Source: an uncultured beta proteobacterium (GTDB lineage Bacteria; Pseudomonadota; Gammaproteobacteria; Burkholderiales; SG8-39). From it: DNA of 64,000 bases. The translations under genes were made by a program, and so were the position numbers. A model generated the notes under the pieces. That model ran no database searches. It was not told where the DNA came from and saw only the letters and a program-made list of their open reading frames with translations. Below are positions 62,701-64,000 of this stretch, one piece after another. The stretch lies in assembly GCA_903928055.1 (NCBI GenBank), contig CAIYPG010000076.1, forward strand, positions 87 through 64,086, given 5' to 3'. How positions within the stretch are numbered: position 1 is the stretch's first letter; each line of letters opens with the position of its first letter.

Positions 62701-63102
62701 CAGGGTCGCAGACAACGCGGCGCCAAAGCACGCTGCAGCCAGTCCGGTCAGGAGATTGCGGACGCCGGTCACGCCAACTTGCTTGCGCATCCATTGTGTA
62801 ACAGCAAGCCACGCGACTGTGGTCGGTACCGCTCCAATCAGGGCCCGCCACTGTGAGGCATCGTTCAACAGCGCACCGATATACAATCCGGCAAATATGC
62901 CGGGCGCGTAACGCCAGCCCCCCAGCAACAAGGCACTTAGGGCTATTCCTGCCGGAGGCCATATCAGGGACGCAGCGCCACTGGCTGTGGCAAAACGCAA
63001 GCCCAGTTCCGTGGCCAGAATGCAGATTACGGCGAGAACCCCAAGCCGGAAACCGTAATGTTGACGCCAGAACGCTTGAACCAACCTGCTCCTCCCGCGC
63101 AC
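59779..63102 (-). CDS. MASE1-PAS-GGDEF-EAL diguanylate cyclase/phosphodiesterase
   Basis: N-terminal TM region (IWPPAGIAL, WWAGD), three PAS domains, RxxD plus GGDEF, EAL and DDFGMGYSSL. Confidence 0.92.
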   Translation of the reverse strand: MRGRSRLVQAFWRQHYGFRLGVLAVICILATELGLRFATASGAASLIWPPAGIALSALLLGGWRYAPGIFAGLYIGALLNDASQWRALIGAVPTTVAWLAVTQWMRKQVGVTGVRNLLTGLAAACFGAALSATLGVGAFVLLGYFSGAQMFKAWLGWWAGDVQGAMYFGTLLLAWAARPMLDRDLARLARPAMAAAFVLLAGAFLSTRVGGGPLQYLLWYVLFSLALWPAVQLRLREVATFNVLIASIAIAGVVHGFSPFPTEPGQELVVVHGFLTFLALTTLILAAVSAERRRAVKQARASEDRFRSLSDLSADWVWEQDENLRYTYLSPGYRAATGRNPLDVIGKLSWELPVSNMTADDWEAHCGALKRREPFHGLLGEYAAENGEPRHIETSGVPYFDAAGVFRGYRGVGRNITVQKRAEQSLRESKRRLEDIIQASPQPISISGVDNGYLYEVNQAWLLLMGYERSEVLGRTTTTDLNIWVDVEDRDAIRTELLTHGMVAGAETRFYRKDGDVLDVLFAASSLDLGGEPVMLCQIVDITEMKRAERLLRQSEERFATIFRSSPAAIVISRFEDGVHVDVNDAWERLFGWSRDEIIGTNLGLLDIWVDPSEREHVIQLLAAGTSVRDREAQFYLRSGEKADVLLSAEVIDFGGEHYILSSIVDITERKRSARRIEELATRDALTGLPNRLLLGDRLQQGLVNAKRQGELLAIMFIDLDRFKQINDSLGHDVGDMLLGEVAARIEATLRRGDTLARIGGDEFVVVLEGLKHAEDAGQVAQKIISSMSDNFSIGGSMLNSTASVGISVFPDDGTDAPTLMRNADTAMYFAKESGRNCYRFFAPEMNARAVDRLNLEMSIRRAFEQGQFVVYFQPKFTTDTGVLSGAEALLRWNHPVRGLLSPETFIQVLEETGLIVPLGRWVIEEVCAQIGRWKGRSAISVAVNVSARQFADSLPDVIREALVRHQVRPALLEIEMTETTLIRGVEESAAVLRQVRELGVAVMIDDFGMGYSSLNYLRRFQISAVKIDQSFVAELPTSADDQAIVRAVVEMGHSLRLRVIAEGVETAEQLATLRSMGCDEYQGYYGGRPVPATEFETCFLVPRTGN

Positions 63103-63187
63103 CCGGCTTACACGAGAACCAATGACCGTGGCAAAGAAATCAACCCGGTACAGCCACCGGATATGCCCTGATTCCGCGCGGGCATTG

Positions 63188-64000
63188 TCAGTTCCGCACC
63201 GGCGGTGGCGCCACCTTGAATACCTCCTCGAAAGTGGTCAGCCCGGCCGCAATCTTCATGGCCCCACTGATGCGCAACGGCTTCATGCCCTCCTTGTATG
63301 CCTGATCGCGGATCTTGGCGGCATCCGCTTCGGCATGGATCAGGCGCTTGATCTCCACAGAAAGCAGCAGGATTTCATAAATGCCCATGCGCCCCATGTA
63401 GCCGGTATTGCGGCACTCAAGACAGCCTACGGCCTGATAGACATGCCCCGGACGCTTGGACTTCCAGGGCGCGACAAACTCTTCCCAGTTCGTGTCCTCG
63501 GTACGGTGGCCAAATGGCACTTTCAGCTTGCAATGCTTGCACAGTGTGCGCACCAGTCGCTGTGCCATCACGCCGAGGATGGTCGAGTTGATCAGGTATG
63601 GCGGAACCCCCAGGTCGAGCAGGCGCGTAATCGCCGCAGCGGCATCGTTGGTATGAAGCGTCGACAACACCAAGTGCCCCGTCAGTGCCGCCTGAATCGC
63701 CATCTCGGCCGTTTCAATGTCGCGGATTTCGCCAACCATGATGATGTCCGGATCCTGCCGCATCAGGGCACGCACGCCATCGGCAAAGTTCAGATCTATT
63801 CCGGCCTGTATCTGCATTTGGTTGAACGCCGGCTCGACCATTTCGATCGGATCCTCGATGGTGCAGACATTGACCTCGGGCGTTGCTAGCGACTTGAGCG
63901 TGGAATACAGCGTGGTCGTCTTGCCCGAGCCGGTAGGCCCGGTCACCAGGATGATGCCATTCGGCCGGGAAGTCATGCCGCCCCAGCGTGCTTGGTCATC
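63188..64000 (-). CDS. GspE/PilB-family secretion ATPase (5' part beyond the window)
   Basis: [44 protein letters not shown]. Confidence 0.9.
   Translation of the reverse strand, partial: DDQARWGGMTSRPNGIILVTGPTGSGKTTTLYSTLKSLATPEVNVCTIEDPIEMVEPAFNQMQIQAGIDLNFADGVRALMRQDPDIIMVGEIRDIETAEMAIQAALTGHLVLSTLHTNDAAAAITRLLDLGVPPYLINSTILGVMAQRLVRTLCKHCKLKVPFGHRTEDTNWEEFVAPWKSKRPGHVYQAVGCLECRNTGYMGRMGIYEILLLSVEIKRLIHAEADAAKIRDQAYKEGMKPLRISGAMKIAAGLTTFEEVFKVAPPPVRN

Overview
GC-rich betaproteobacterial chromosome segment. It is mostly housekeeping genes (purL, nnr, trxC, bcp, roxA, bamC-dapA, aat-bpt-pyrD-rnfB-nth, moxR-VWA, a partial MSHA pilus operon) with accessory blocks between them. The main result lies just downstream of tRNA-Arg(CCT): an operon in which two genes look broken in the ORF track but are very probably selenoproteins. 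Each has an in-frame TGA at a (D/C)-U-G-S-C motif, followed at the same offset by a SECIS-like hairpin. One is a stand-alone UGSC protein translationally coupled to an unknown partner; the other is a UGSC-partner fusion, and two tandem TctC/Bug receptors sit between them. The Sec region resembles the glycine/proline reductase selenoprotein B (GrdB/PrdB) active site, which suggests an uncharacterised Sec-dependent reductase system. Directly downstream is an rquA-frdABCD operon (rhodoquinone-linked fumarate respiration) with a perfect FNR box. Also seen: a 6x11-bp tandem array upstream of a DUF3300 gene, two apparent deletion or assembly scars (asmA-like gene; O-antigen ligase/mshI junction), an orphan type I secretion pair and a dRS3-like palindrome. 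All assignments come from visual motif recognition; no searches were run.
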